Positions 15,304 to 34,383 of a DNA stretch of 64,000 nucleotides are shown one piece after another. The notes beneath the pieces are model-generated. The model ran no database searches, was not told the origin of the DNA, and worked only from the letters and a program-made list of their open reading frames with translations. A program made the position numbers and the translations under genes. Position 1 is the first letter of the stretch, and the number at the start of each line of letters is the position of its first letter. The DNA is from the human T2T-CHM13v2.0 reference genome, Homo sapiens: NCBI RefSeq assembly GCF_009914755.1, contig NC_060934.1, one strand, 5' to 3'.

Positions 15304-17630
15304 CTCTCACAGTCTCCTTTTGGCTGGGACTGATACCCTTGACTTCTTGTTGGCTGTCAGCAGAAATTGCTCTCAACTTTTAGAAGCCACCCTCAGGTCC
15401 TAGCCATATGGCCCTCTTAAACATGGCAGTTTACTTCTTCAAAGCCAGCAGGAATTTCTCTCTCCAGCCTACTAAGAAGGAGTCATATTATATAACATAA
15501 TCACAGGAATAATTATACCATCACCTTTGCAATCTAATGCAACCCAATCAAGGCAATGACTATTCCATCAAATTCAGATTGCAATCACACTCATGGGGAG
15601 GAGATTTTCCAGGGTGTGTGCTCCAGAGGACAGAAGTCTCGGAGGTCAGTACAGAATTATGCCTAAAACATCATGCATTAGTTTGAATCTTTCTTTTAGA
15701 AAAAGTAGTTTAAAGATTTAGAATGGAAGTTGAGTTCCTAAATTTTTCTTGCTACCATTTCTCAATACCTTTAGAAATCAGTAGCTAAGAACATGATAAG
15801 GGAAAGAAAGTAATGTGTATTGATTACCAAATATATACCAGGCACTGTGCTAGGTCCTTGACATTACAGTTTATTCAATATCAGAAAAGAATTACATTTG
15901 AACCAAGGAGGTACTATAAGAAACATGTAACCAAATCAGAGTGTTCTGAATACTGGTAAGTGCAGGTAAGAAAATTAGACAATAACAATCGTCATTAAGT
16001 TGAAAGGCTATATCTAGTATTTTGAAAATTTCCTAAAAGTATGATTGGGTATGATTTTGATCGTCTTGGAAAACAAATACTCTACATTTCCCAGTGAAAT
16101 TTGAACATTTTTTCTTTTTAAAGCAAAACAGATTTTAGTTGCACAGAATTTAAAAGACTGTAGCTTATGTAACTAAATTTAATGTCCTAAAATATTTTCT
16201 CCTAAATCATGCTGCACATATTTTATTAATCTATGAATAAAATCTATTCCAGGATGGCACTGCACATATTTAATCATAGTCAAATCTTTCTTCATCTAGA
16301 AGATCCAATATAGCTAATATTGCTTAGAAAATAGGAACTACAGAGAGCTTTAGAATTAAGAAATATTTTAAACCACATTTAAATTCAAGTATTGTTTAAC
16401 GCAATTTTTATCCTGAAGCATCAAGATGGAAATACTGTCTTTGTCCAGAGCAATCAAAATTAAAACATCAAATAATTTCAATTTTTCACATAATTTTATT
16501 AAATATTTAAAGACTTGAATTAAGGTCTCTGACAATATAATAGTGCTAGAATGTATTTAGCAAATTAAAAATACGAGTTGAAAATTAACTCAAAATAATA
16601 ACAGCAATTTTTGTTAATTCTGTTACTAAACAAATGTGGGCTACTGAATGTAACTGAAAAACTACAAATATAAACTAGTCATATATTATAGAAATAACTG
16701 ACTCATAATATACAAACACCTAAATTATTTCACCTATGTAAAAAATTTGTTTTATTCATGAATAAGATATCCTAAAAATAACATATGCTTAAAGTCCAAA
16801 AGAGATTTTTTCTAAACTCATAAATCATAAAATTTTAAAAAAGCATTTTGGCCTAAAATGCTCCATTCTTGGTCTCAACCCAGATAAGTATTTCGGAAAA
16901 CTGGAAGAAAAACTGTATTTCATAGTTGTTTCAGGTATCTCAATGTGGATGGGAAAAGGAGATATTTTTCTCATTCTTATTTGAGCATTTTGTGCACTTA
17001 TTCACACATGGCACAAATTTAAACTTTGAATTGGCATGTACAAAATCCTCTATGAGGAAATCACAGTCTAGATATAAAAGCTGGCAACTTCTGATTTCTG
17101 GAGCATAGCAGAACATTTGCAGTGCCCAGCTTTCATTAGCGGTGAACTAGGCATTCATGTTGGCCAAATTTTGTACTGTTATCCAAAGCTTAATTGAACA
17201 GGCACCAGCAAATGAGACATTTGAAAGCTTCTTACAAGGAAGCAAACTAAATAGTACACATTCCTATAAGATAAAATATATATAAGGATCAGAAGCTGGA
17301 GTAAAAAAGAATGATGTCCAGTAATGGCAGACTAGGTAATATCCATCAACTCTCTCACTGAAGGAAAACAACCAGAAAAGCTTGGCAAAACAGGCTGGGC
17401 GCAGTGGCTCATGCCTACAATCCCAGCACTTTGGGAGGCCGAGGTGGGTGGATCACCTAAGGTCAGGAGTTCGAGACTAACCCGGCCAACATGGCGAAAC
17501 CCTGTCTCCACTAAAAATATAAAAAATTAGCTGGGTGTGGTGGTATGTGCAGACAGAGTGAGTCTCCATCTCAACAGAAAAGAAAAGGAAAAGACAAGAC
17601 GGAGGGAGACAGAGAAATAAAGAAAGAGAA

Positions 17631-17786
17631 AGAGAGAAAGAAGCTTGGAAAAACAAAAACAGCTGCTTGGGGAGAGAGAGAGAGAGACGGGGGTGGGGAA
17701 AAGGAAAGGAAAAGGTAAGGAAGGAGGAAGGAAGGAAGGAAGGAAAGAGAGAGAAAGAAGCTTGGAAAAACAAAAACAGCTGCTTG
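17631..17786 (+). repeat. 39-bp perfect direct repeat (17631-17669, 17748-17786) within a purine-rich tract after an internally deleted Alu (17393-17580)
   Basis: AGAGAGAAAGAAGCTTGGAAAAACAAAAACAGCTGCTTG twice. Confidence 0.9.
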
Positions 17787-18449
17787 AAAGCATCCGACTG
17801 CTAACAAAGGAGTGAAAAATTACAAAATTGTGAAGAAGTAGACTTAAGCAAGTGAGCCTAGCATTTGGGGTTGCTACCCGCTAGGGACATCTGCTGATGA
17901 AGTAGATCAGAGGGGAGCAGAGGTTTCAAAAAACTTGCAGGGATAGGAGACAAAAAGGACTTCAGGGCCCACCAAGGAAAAGGGACCCTGGTCAGCACTC
18001 CAGGTTTTGGACTGAGATCTTCCCCACCACAGTGCAAGTTAATGATGAACTAGAATCTGGAATTGAATCCAACTTCAAAATCTCAAACCCTTTCTGGATT
18101 AAAGTGATCCAGGATCATAAATACCCCTACCCATCCCCCAGAAACAAAAGTAAATCCTTTCTGAAGGAAGAGAAAACATCATCCTCCCTCGAAGTAATTC
18201 CTACTATTTCTCCCATCCAGTATCAACACACAAAGCCACCACTGCCACCACCAGGTATACCAGGAGAGAAGTCAACATCATGAAAAACAGAAACAGACCC
18301 ACAGGGGAACCACATGATCAACTTCTCAGACACAGGCTTTAAAATAACTGTGTCAACCTGAAAAAAATATACTGAAATTGAGAATTCAATAAATGGATTT
18401 TTAAAATTAGACACAGATGAAAAAAGTTGATAAACTGCTATATAGGTCA

Positions 18450-22343
<3,894 letters not shown>

Positions 22344-22843
22344 TCATCAATGATTTACCAATGAAGATATACTCAACCTCCTTAACTTGAAATTGGCAGT
22401 TCTTCCCCATCTTGCTCAACCTTAACTTCTGCGTATCACATTAAAAACTACATCCTAGCCAATCTGGACCCCTAGTTCTCCAAACATATGACAGCTACTC
22501 ACCAACTGAATGTCAAACTCTGCAAAGTGGAGTTGCTACTTCAACAAGATGCATCTGCTTGGAAGCTCCTTCTGGCTTTGCTGCACATATTCAGTGTTTG
22601 CTTATTTACACAGGCAAATGTAGCATTTCCCTACCACGGCACCAGGAGGCTCTAAAGGGATGAATATGGCTGTACTTGGAAGGCCAAGGAAATCCTAGGA
22701 GCATGGAATGAGGTGGAACAATCTAATTCTGCTCTCACCTGACTACAGCGTAAGCCACCTGAGTAGAGCTCTACACCTGACTACAGCAAAAGAAAGACGC
22801 CAATAGGAAATGACAGCAGAAAAAAGTCTTATTTCAACTCAAC

Positions 22844-22849
22844 TTTATT
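22844..22849 (-). terminator. Distal polyadenylation signal AATAAA
   Basis: TTTATT on plus; followed on minus by GACTTTTTTCTGCTGTC (U-rich downstream element). Confidence 0.6.
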
Positions 22850-23567
22850 TTCCCTTCTCCTTTATGGTAACTGAAGGTGAATGAGATAATTACACACAGT
22901 TTTCCTATAACGTTTCAGGCTAATCGTTATTTCCTAGAAAGTCTCTGGCTAATTCTCAAATTTTCTAAAGATGGATAATAGCTCCAGGAATTATACTAGT
23001 GGGCTATAGCTGAAATCGTTTTGATCTGGGTAGTCTCCTATCAAAATTACTTTCACATACTTAGTAAAACTCATTACAGGTGAAAGCTACTGAATGAAAG
23101 CCTAGTAATAGTTATAGAAGAAAAAAACTTGAAAAAAGTTTTACTTAACATTGCAATTATTTTTAATTAAGAAACAGCAATGACAAATAATTGCTAGTTA
23201 TCACTATCACGTAATAAAAATATTTTAAAAATCTGGGTTGTGATACACTAAAGTTATGAGAAAATATATTTGTCTGTAGTCTATATTCAGTTGAACAGAC
23301 TTTAAAACTGTGTATTAAAAGGTCTTTGCAGCCAGGCGTGGTGGCTCATGCCTGTAATCCCAGCATTTTGGGAGGGCGAGGTGGGCAGGTCACCTGAGGT
23401 CAGGAGTTCGAGACCAGCCTGGCCAACAGAGTAAAACCCCATCTCTACTAAAAATAGAAAACTTAGCCAGGTGTGGTGGCATGCACCTGTAATCCCAGCT
23501 ACTCAGGAGGCTGAGGCAGAAGAATCACCTGAACCCGGGAAGTGGAGGTTTCAGTGAGCCAAGATCA

Positions 23568-24004
<437 letters not shown>

Positions 24005-24910
24005 CTAGTGTCAAGGCTGTCCTACAAATTACCAAAAAGAAAAGAAAATGCTAACCCATACACATACTTTATGTGCTTAAATAACCATATTACACCTAGC
24101 ACCAACCTAAAAAAGAAAATATCTGACTAAATATCTGTGAACAGAAAAAAAAATTTCATTTAGAAACCCTTAAGTGGTTTATGCTTTTTAAGCTTTTTAA
24201 ATCAATATGGATTTCTAGCCCAACAAAATAAAGAACAAATGAAAAATGGCTTTTAAAGACATCGCCTGTACAGAACACTGATATTTGTTGGTGTCAAATG
24301 TGCAATCCAATAGCACAGACACAAGGACACAGAATTCATTTGCTTCATAACAATGCTGAGTTTCTTAAAATATCCCATGCAGAACCCATTATAATTTCTG
24401 ACATAAAATTTAAATGGGAAAAATTTTTAAAGTACTACAAACTCTAAATCTGAATTTTGAGTAGCAAAAAAGGTAATTACATACCACAAACACCGAAAGG
24501 CAACAGTTAAAGAGAAGTAACATTTACTTCGCGCCAGGAAAATGCACTGACCTAGCATTTTCCTACATCCCTCGCTTAATCCTCACATTGATCTGATCAT
24601 GATCCCCATTTTACAGATCAAACAGGGGCCCCAAGAGACTGAGTAACTTGTCATTGAGCCAGTCTCGCTCAAGTCTGTTTTTAAACACTATACTACTTGC
24701 TTCTTTTCCTTTGAGAGAGTCTCACTGTCGCCCAGGATGGAGTACAGTGCTGTGATCTCAGCTCACTGCAGCCTCTGCCTCCCAGGTTCAAGCAGTCCTT
24801 GTGCCTCGGCCTCCCAAGTACCTGGGACTACAGGCATGTGCCGCTATGCCCAGGCCTTACTTGCTTCTTAAATAGAAAGTTACTCCACAGAAGCCAGGTG
24901 CAGTGGCTCA

Positions 24911-25159
<249 letters not shown>

Positions 25160-25230
25160 TCAGAAACAAAACGAAACAAAGCAAAAAAGTTGCTCCACAG
25201 AGAATGTAATGGAAATTAAATTTCAATATA

Positions 25231-25786
25231 CAGTTGCCCATTGAACAACATGGGTTTCAACTGCGAAGTCCATTTACACACAGATTTTTTCCAACCAAAC
25301 TTGGATTGAAAATACAGTATTCTCGGCCAGGCATGGTGGCTCACGCTTGTAATCCCAGCACTTTGGGAGGTTGAGGTGGGCTGATCACGAGGTCGGGAGA
25401 TCGAGACCATGGTGAAACCCTGTCTCTACTAAAAATACAAAAAAATTGTCCGGGCGTGGTGGCGGGCACCTATAGTCCCAGCTACTCAGAGAGGCTGAGG
25501 CAGGAGAATGGCGTGAACCTGGGAGGCAGAGCTTGCAGTGAGCCGAGATTGCGCCACTGCACTCTAGCCTGGGCGACAGAGCGAGACTCTGTCTCAAAAA
25601 AAAAAAAAAAAAAAAAAGAAAGAAAGAAAATACAGTACTTTCACAGGATGCAAAATCTGCTTATGTGCAAGGTGGAATTCTCCCATGCACGGGCTCCACA
25701 GGACTGAAGGAGTTCAGTGTGTGCAGATCTGGGTGTACGTGGATGGTCCTGGAACCAATTTTCTGCATATACTGAGAGACAAATAT
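25231..25786 (-). mobile_element. MER8 (Tigger-derived) interrupted by an AluY-like element (25325-25630 +)
   Basis: Terminus cagttgcccattgaacaacatgggtttcaactgc; TSD GAAAATACAGTA around the Alu. Confidence 0.75.
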
Positions 25787-25870
25787 GTCTCTTTCCTGCA
25801 GGAAGAGGGGAGTTCTCAAAAGAGATGTGAAGGAATACTGGGAATATCACATTTTAGTTAGAAACAGAAT

Positions 25871-25876
25871 TTTATT
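25871..25876 (-). terminator. Proximal polyadenylation signal AATAAA
   Basis: TTTATT on plus strand ~760 nt after the stop, in unique AT-rich sequence. Confidence 0.6.
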
Positions 25877-26634
25877 TTTGAAAATAGAAAAATCAAACAA
25901 TATTTTTAAAATGCAATCTATTGATGTCATCATATTTGGTTTGGAATACCTAAGAATGCAGTGACTGAAATGTCTGTTCTAAAAACATAAACATTTTTTG
26001 ATATCAGTACCAACCCACTTTAATTTATATGTGAATAAGAGAACTTCGCTTGAAAAATACAAATATACATATTCGAGAGCACTACCAAATTTTGAAGCTT
26101 AATGTATTCATTGCCAACGTACTGTACATAACTAAAAGTCATTTTAAATGTTTTCTAAACAGGGACTGATGTGGATATCAACAATGGTTTCATCCTAAAA
26201 CTGAGTTTTAGCATTTGTTTAGTATATTTACCTATTTAGTTAAAGCACATTACAATAATCTTTCACCCATTCCTTGTGGCTTATGTTTATTTTCATTTTT
26301 TTTAGAGATGGAATCTTGCTATGTTGTCCACGATGGATTCAAAATCCTGGGCTCAAGAGATCCTCCTGCCTCAGCCTCCTGAGCAGCTGGGACTACAGGT
26401 GTGCACCGCCACACTCCACAGCTGATGTTTTAATAAAGTGCCACTGAGTATCAGACTGATCAAACTGAAAACATCCCAGAACTTCAGACCAGGTTAAGGG
26501 GGCCAATGAGAAGATCATGAAAAGTGACATCAGATGAAAGCTGAGATCTGTGAAAGTTTCAAATCAGTTTTTCCAAGTAAGTCCACAGACCATTTGATAG
26601 GCTAAGCCCAGTTCTTTACACAATGTAGCAGCCA

Positions 26635-26997
<363 letters not shown>

Positions 26998-27912
26998 CTA
27001 TAGATTATTACACAGAAGAAAAAATGAGTAAGTACATGAAGGGCTTAAATATAAAAACAGTTAACTCAATAAAATGTCAAAACACATAAAACACCAGCAT
27101 TAACTTTACATAGCAAAGAATTTCTTTCTCAGGGGATTGAGTATGTATGCATGGTGGGTGTGTGTACTTCTCATTTTTTGTTTTTTTTTTCCCTGTTGTA
27201 AGTTTTATGAGTGTTCTTTGGAGAAATAACTTAGGGCTTATCATCTATGGATGATGATGTCATTGCTCAGAGAAGAGGTATCTGGACTAACTCAACCGAC
27301 AAAAGTATTTTTAAAATAATATAACTTTTACCTAACAAGGTAGAGCATGAAAGGGAAAAAAATGATTAAAAAATCAGAAAGTAAGATGAAGATACGTTTA
27401 TTTCTGAGACTTGCTAAAAGCATACCTATTATGGTAGAAACAGGAACACACAAAATTAGAACCCTTAAATTAAATATATTAATTAATGTTTCCCAAGTAT
27501 GAGATGAGGAAAAAGAGGAGGAACAAAGGATTATTCATTATTTATTTAAAACACTAAAAAGTTTCCATTATCTTCCTATAGATCCAACAAAAGGGCTCTG
27601 CCACATAAGATAGTATCTCACAGAAATAAAAAAGATAACTGTAATCCAAGCATTTTGGGAGGCCGAGGCAGGTGGAACACCTGAGGTCAGGAGTTCAAGA
27701 CAGGCCTGACCAACATGGTGAAATCCCATCTCTACTAAAAATACAAAACTAGCCAGGTGTGGTGGCGCATGCCTGTAATCCCAGCTACTTAGGAGGCTGA
27801 GGCAGGAGAATCACTTGAACCCAGGAGGCGGAGGCTGCAGTGAGCCAAGATCATGCCACTGCACTCCAGCCTGGGCAATACAGTGAGACTCTGTCTCAAA
27901 AAACAAAAACAA

Positions 27913-27944
<32 letters not shown>

Positions 27945-28532
27945 AGAAAAGCTAAAGCTATGAATCATATGACTAACATAAGCCATTAGTCTATATATCT
28001 TTTCCTCTTTCAAATGATACCATAAATTTACTTAATTAACTATTACAAAGCCAATGGTCAAAATTCCCTGATGTGAGCAGCAGCTGTTATATTCCCTAAC
28101 TTATTTCATGCTTGGCATCTCTGAGCTTTGGAGTACAAAAAAGGTGACGAACTTTGTATGCTTATGACTTTTTCCTTCTAGATAGCATTTGCAAAGCTTT
28201 CCGAATGAATCCTTTCTCTCTCCTCTCCCCAATCTTTTATTTTAACAAAGAGTCCATGAGCAGGTAAGAGGGAAGGATGAAAAACGGAGAGGTGAAGAAA
28301 TAAGGAGAAAGTATATCTGGGTTTGTGTTTTATGAAGCCAATCTTGTAAGGTTTGTAATCAAGTAGCCAAATGCTAAACAGAATAAACCCAAACAGAGGG
28401 CTATCCCAAGTTATCTCCCACTTGCAAACAAATTTTGTCTAGACTTCTGCCTGAGTTTCTTTTTGAAAAGAAAAAATGTCTTTCATCCCAGCTGCTCAGA
28501 AATCCAAATCATAAGTTCATTTGCTCAAAAAA

Positions 28533-28564
<32 letters not shown>

Positions 28565-28959
28565 AACACCTAAATCCTAAGGGCTCAAATTGAGGGAATC
28601 ACTGAAATCTATCTTTGGGACTTAAGTTTATTCCATAGACACAAATCCAGTTTAAAAACAGCTGTATGTAAATAATAGTTTTCAGGAAACTTTCTGGAAT
28701 GTATTCCACATCATGAGGGATACAGTATTACACTAAGTGAGGACAGAAGTCCCATGGCATAATAACAAGGCAGATGCTAAAGAGCTGGCTTTTACTATTT
28801 GGCATAAAGGGATGACTGATCTTAGTCAAGTCATGTAACTTCTCTGGACATCAACCTCCTTGTTACTACAAATTACTACACAAAAGAAATAAATAACATT
28901 TATTAGAGTGTTTTGAAAACAGTTAATTAAATATTAGTACAGTGGAAGACCAGATACTA

Positions 28960-29085
<126 letters not shown>

Positions 29086-29141
29086 TCAGAGGAAAGCCTG
29101 TTTCAATCCAGAAAGGATCAAGTAAACAGAAAGACACTTAC

Positions 29142-29618
<477 letters not shown>

Positions 29619-29630
29619 TAAATAAATTTA

Positions 29631-29906
<276 letters not shown>

Positions 29907-30057
29907 TCAAAAAACAAAACAAAACAAAACAAAACAAATTTAAGTAAATTTCTACTCTATTCTTTATTTAAATCACAGATTTTATAAATGATTGAATAAT
30001 TATGACTGAATGATTAAATAACGATTTAATCTATAATTTCTTGTCTATGATTTAATG

Positions 30058-30167
30058 ATGTTAATTTCACTATGGCATAACTAATCTCAAATCTTTTTAT
30101 CTTCTTTTAATGGAGTTATATTTTAAAAAAAGATTTGAGACTAGTTATGCCACAGTGAAATTAACAT
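30058..30167. repeat. 41-bp inverted repeat with 28-nt spacer (intron 6)
   Basis: Arms 30058-30098 and 30127-30167, 39/41 complementary. Confidence 0.95.
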
Positions 30168-33100
30168 TACATTTAATTTAGCATACTAGAATTATTGTCT
30201 TTCAACAACCCAATGATTCCTAATCAATTTTTGAGGTAATCAGTTTTCTAACAGTAGATGGAAATGTAGGGAGTTCCCCCATCTTTCACCAAACCAAATT
30301 TCAGCACTACCTCTAGTCAATACTTAATTTACATCTCCAATTCCATTCTTATCATCTTCATACACGACACAAACTGAATGCTAACTAAAAAAGCTTCAGG
30401 TAATTTCTAAAATGTAGCACTCTAGACTAACTGGAATTCAGTAATTCAGCAAAACAAACTCAATAACAGCACGTTAGACTCAGATATTCACCTTTCCTAC
30501 TAGTATTTATATCTTAAGAGGTAATCATTTTCATAAATATACAACCACCATGAAATCCCTGGCCCACACTATCTGCAACAGATACTATGCTGTTTTCAAG
30601 AGCAAATTCCCACTCTTCAGAAATCTCATCAATGGCTACTTCCTATCTGAAAGCATTTCATAATTCCAAACTGGTTTTCCATCCTTTTTGTTCCATTCAC
30701 CATTTGACTTATCTGACTGCATTGTGACTGTTTGTATGCTGTCCACTCCTCTGCCCCAGTCAGGAATTACAAAGGCCACTGTCCTATTCATTATTGCCCA
30801 ACTCCCCACCACCGACCTGCCCCCAATGAGCATCTAGCATATAGCAGGTATATAATCAATAATCTGGATGACTGCTGATATTTTAATTTTTTTTTTGAGA
30901 TGGAATCTGGCTCTGTCACCCAGGCTGAAGTGCAGTGGCGGCGTGACCTTGGCTCACTGCAACTTCCGCGTCCCGGCTTCAAGTGATTCTCCTGCCCCAG
31001 CCTCCTGAGTAGCCGGAACTACAGGCGAACACCACCACACCCGGCTAATTTTTATATTTTTAGTTAGAGACAGGGTTTCACTATATTGGCCAGGCTGGTC
31101 TCAAACTCCTGACCTTAAGTGATCCACTCGCCTCGGCCTCCCAAAATGCTAGGATTACAGGCGTGAGCCACCGTGCCCGGCCCTGATATTTGACTTTAAA
31201 TGCCTATAATCACCAGAGAGATAAATAAGCCTCCTATAAATTTATCTCCCATTTTTTGTGTTTTTTGTCATTTTTTTGTCAAGACCTGGTTACCTGCATA
31301 ATTTCTCAAAAATTATTCTAGGTTTTAACATTTTAATAGCACATTTTACGTGCTCTACTATACAATTTATAATATGTTGAAGGAGCTATATAAAATGTAT
31401 GTATGTATATATATTTCTACTTAGATCTATTTTTAAGGAACCTGAGCACATGTTTTACTATTTCAAGTAATTAACAGTGTATGTTTTTTTGTGATGCAGT
31501 GTCAGTCACATATATTGATGCTCTTTTAGCTGCTGTGTCTTTTTTCAGGAATGAATCTTCAATTAAAGCACTAAGCACAGAAGTAAATGTAACAAAAGTA
31601 GCAAAGCCAGAAAGCATGGAAAACACAAGAAAATGAGACATATGAGAGAACACAGTGGAGATTATAAGAAAACACAAATAAACAGGGCAATTCAAGAGGA
31701 ACCAAATATGAAAGTTAATATCATGGTCCATCTTGCCCAGTACAAACAGCCCTCAACTTTAAAATGTTATCCAATCATTTTGAAATCTACATAGTGAACT
31801 CCTACTATGAACCCAATACTATTCCGAGAACAGAAGACGCAGAGGTGAAGCAGACAGCTAGCCCTAGAAAAGCTTGACAATGCTGAGGCAGGCACATAAA
31901 AGAACTACAACAATCTAACAGTTGTTACAATACAGGTGTGTACCAAGAGCTTGGAAACCAACAAAGCACTACCCACTGGGAAGCAGAGAGGACAGCAAGA
32001 AAAGACCTAACAGATGAGATCCTGTACTAGGTTTGTCTGTCTTCTCTGGCTTAATCTTGAGATTCTCCATAAAAAAAAGCGGGGTGGCTGGGAGGGGGAG
32101 GCTGGGAGAAGGCCATTTCAGGCAAAAGCATGGAGCAATGAAAAAAAGCACAAAACATCAGGGATCATCAAGGAGTTCAAGAGTGGCTAAAGCTCCCAAC
32201 TGGTATACAGGAATCAACGTAAAAGAAGAGGATAAAAAGGAAGGTGATAAAGGGCCCTGCATACAATGTGAAAAAGTTTGGTCTTTAGCTTAGCTTAGGT
32301 TCTAAATAGTAGTTTACAAAATCCTAGAAGTTCTGGAAGGTATTCTAGGAATTCATGTTGCCTTCTATTAATAAACAAGCAAGGAAGCAAATAAAATATT
32401 TTTTCTTTTAAAAAAGAACAAATTGATTATTTGTATATCAAATGAGAGGTACAGCTTAGAAGAAATGAAATGATTGTACACAAGATTCAGGTCACTTACA
32501 TGATTAAACACCAAGTACTCAATATGGTTTTGATTGTTTCACAGTTTAAAATTGTTTTCTTCCTTAGGTTTAATGTCCACCAAAGTTGAACTACTGGTCA
32601 AAATTAGAAAGTATAAAAACCATGGATTTTGGAGGGAAAAAAAAGGAAAAGGAAAATGTTGATAAATTCTCCTCAAAATGATCTTCACCAAATTCTTAAT
32701 ATACATTAATCTAAGACAAGTTCTTTTACAGCAACTTCAAAAACCATAGGTGATGGAAGGCAAAAAGTGTATTTTGCTTGGCATTTATTGGCAATTCGCA
32801 CCTACAATGTGCTATATGCCGAGAAGCAATTGCAAAAACTAGCCTGAAAAATTCTCTTACCGTATTTAAAAACTACTGCAAAAATTTAAAAACAATCAAA
32901 TTTGATGTTTCAAGTGAAATATTAAAGAATTCCAAGCTAGTTTTGCCTGTTTTGATGCTATACGATGTGAACATATTTAAATGTATTTTAATGTAGATTT
33001 GGAATTAAAAACTCAACAGGTCATTTAAAATCCCAGCACTTGGGGAGGCTGAGAAGGATCGCTTGAGCCTAGGAGTTTGAGACCAGCCTGGGCAATATAG

Positions 33101-34262
33101 TAAGACACCATGTCTACAAAAAGTTTTTTAAAAAATTAGCTGAGTGAGTGGTGGCACAAGCCTGTATATCCCAGCTATTGAGGAGGCTGAGGTGGGAGGA
33201 TCACTTAAGCCTGGGAGGCAGAGTTGCAGTGAGCCAAGATTGCACCACTGCACTCCAGCCTGCCTACAAGGTAGAGCACAGTGGCTCACGCCTGTAATCC
33301 CAACACTTTGGGAGAACAAGATGGGAGGATCCCCTGAGCCCAGTTCAAGTCCAGTCTGGGAAACATGGCGAGACCCCGTTTCAACAAAAAATTAAAAAAT
33401 TAGCCAGGTATGGTGGTGCATGCCTATAGTCCCAGCTATTCAGGAGGCTGAAGTGAGATTACGTGAGCCCGGGAGGTCGAGGCTATAGTGAGCCGAGATT
33501 GTGCCACTGTAATCCAGACTGGGCAACAGAGCAAGACCCTTTCTTAAAATAAATAAATAATAAATAAAATTTTTAAAAAAATAGTGACCATTTTTAAAAA
33601 AGATAATAGAAAGTTACTGAAGGACTGCAAAAGAGGGTAATACTATCATATGTGTTTGTGAAAATCACTCTCTTAACTAAGAATAGATTGGTGGGAACCA
33701 AACTTGAGATAAGGAGGAAAGACAACATAAGCCTTCCCAGGCAGAGGACAACAGGGCCTTAACATGGGCAGGGGTACCAGTACTTGTAAGACTGAAGGGA
33801 GCAATCAAGATGCTTAGGAGTAGTCTACCCCAAGTTCAACTTTCTTCTGCTCCTCCTTTTACAGCTTCTACTGTTTCTTAGTTTCTGAACTCCCAAAGTT
33901 CCGTGATTTTTCCCCACGATGGTTTCTATGAGAGTAGCATTAAGCACCACTGCACACAGCAGGAGTGGAAAAGGAAGTGCTACTTACAGGTAGTTTAGTG
34001 GTGAAGATCTGCCCATATCTTATGTATGGCTTACCTCTCCATTAGATTGTGAGTTATCTGGGAACACTGTTCATACCCCCACTACTCCAATAACACCTGA
34101 CGCATAGGAAGTAATCAGTAAATACTGAATGAATGACACTAAGGGATGAAATGAGCACAGATATTGATGCTGCCCTTTATTTTAATCTCAAAAGTGAGAT
34201 AAGTGACCACCACTCTACCCCACTGAAAACTTCCCATTTTCCCTTAACCTATCAAATCTAGC

Positions 34263-34383
34263 TTTATTTTATTTTATTTTATTTCATTTTACTTTATTTC
34301 TTTAGGCTAGTCAAGTGAAGCAGTGAGAGTGGAGAAGGAACACAGAAATTTGTAACTGGTTGTGATCAATTAGTTGTAAACAC
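34263..34383 (-). pseudogene. 5'-truncated Y3 RNA retropseudogene with A-rich tail, intron 6
   Basis: Minus reads GTGTTTACAACTAATTGATCACAACCAGTTACAAATTTCTGTGTTCCTTCTCCACTCTCACTGCTTCACTTGACTAGCCT; TSD AAATC(T/A)AGCTTT at 34254-34265 and 34384-34395. Confidence 0.93.

Larger units (their letters stand above)
14660..15670. mobile_element. MLT1-type MaLR LTR split by the EEF1A1/MER85 insert
   Basis: ggtggcttaaaata...cacaaattcattatcttacagttctggaggccagaa motif on the left; MLT-like continuation on the right. Confidence 0.6.
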
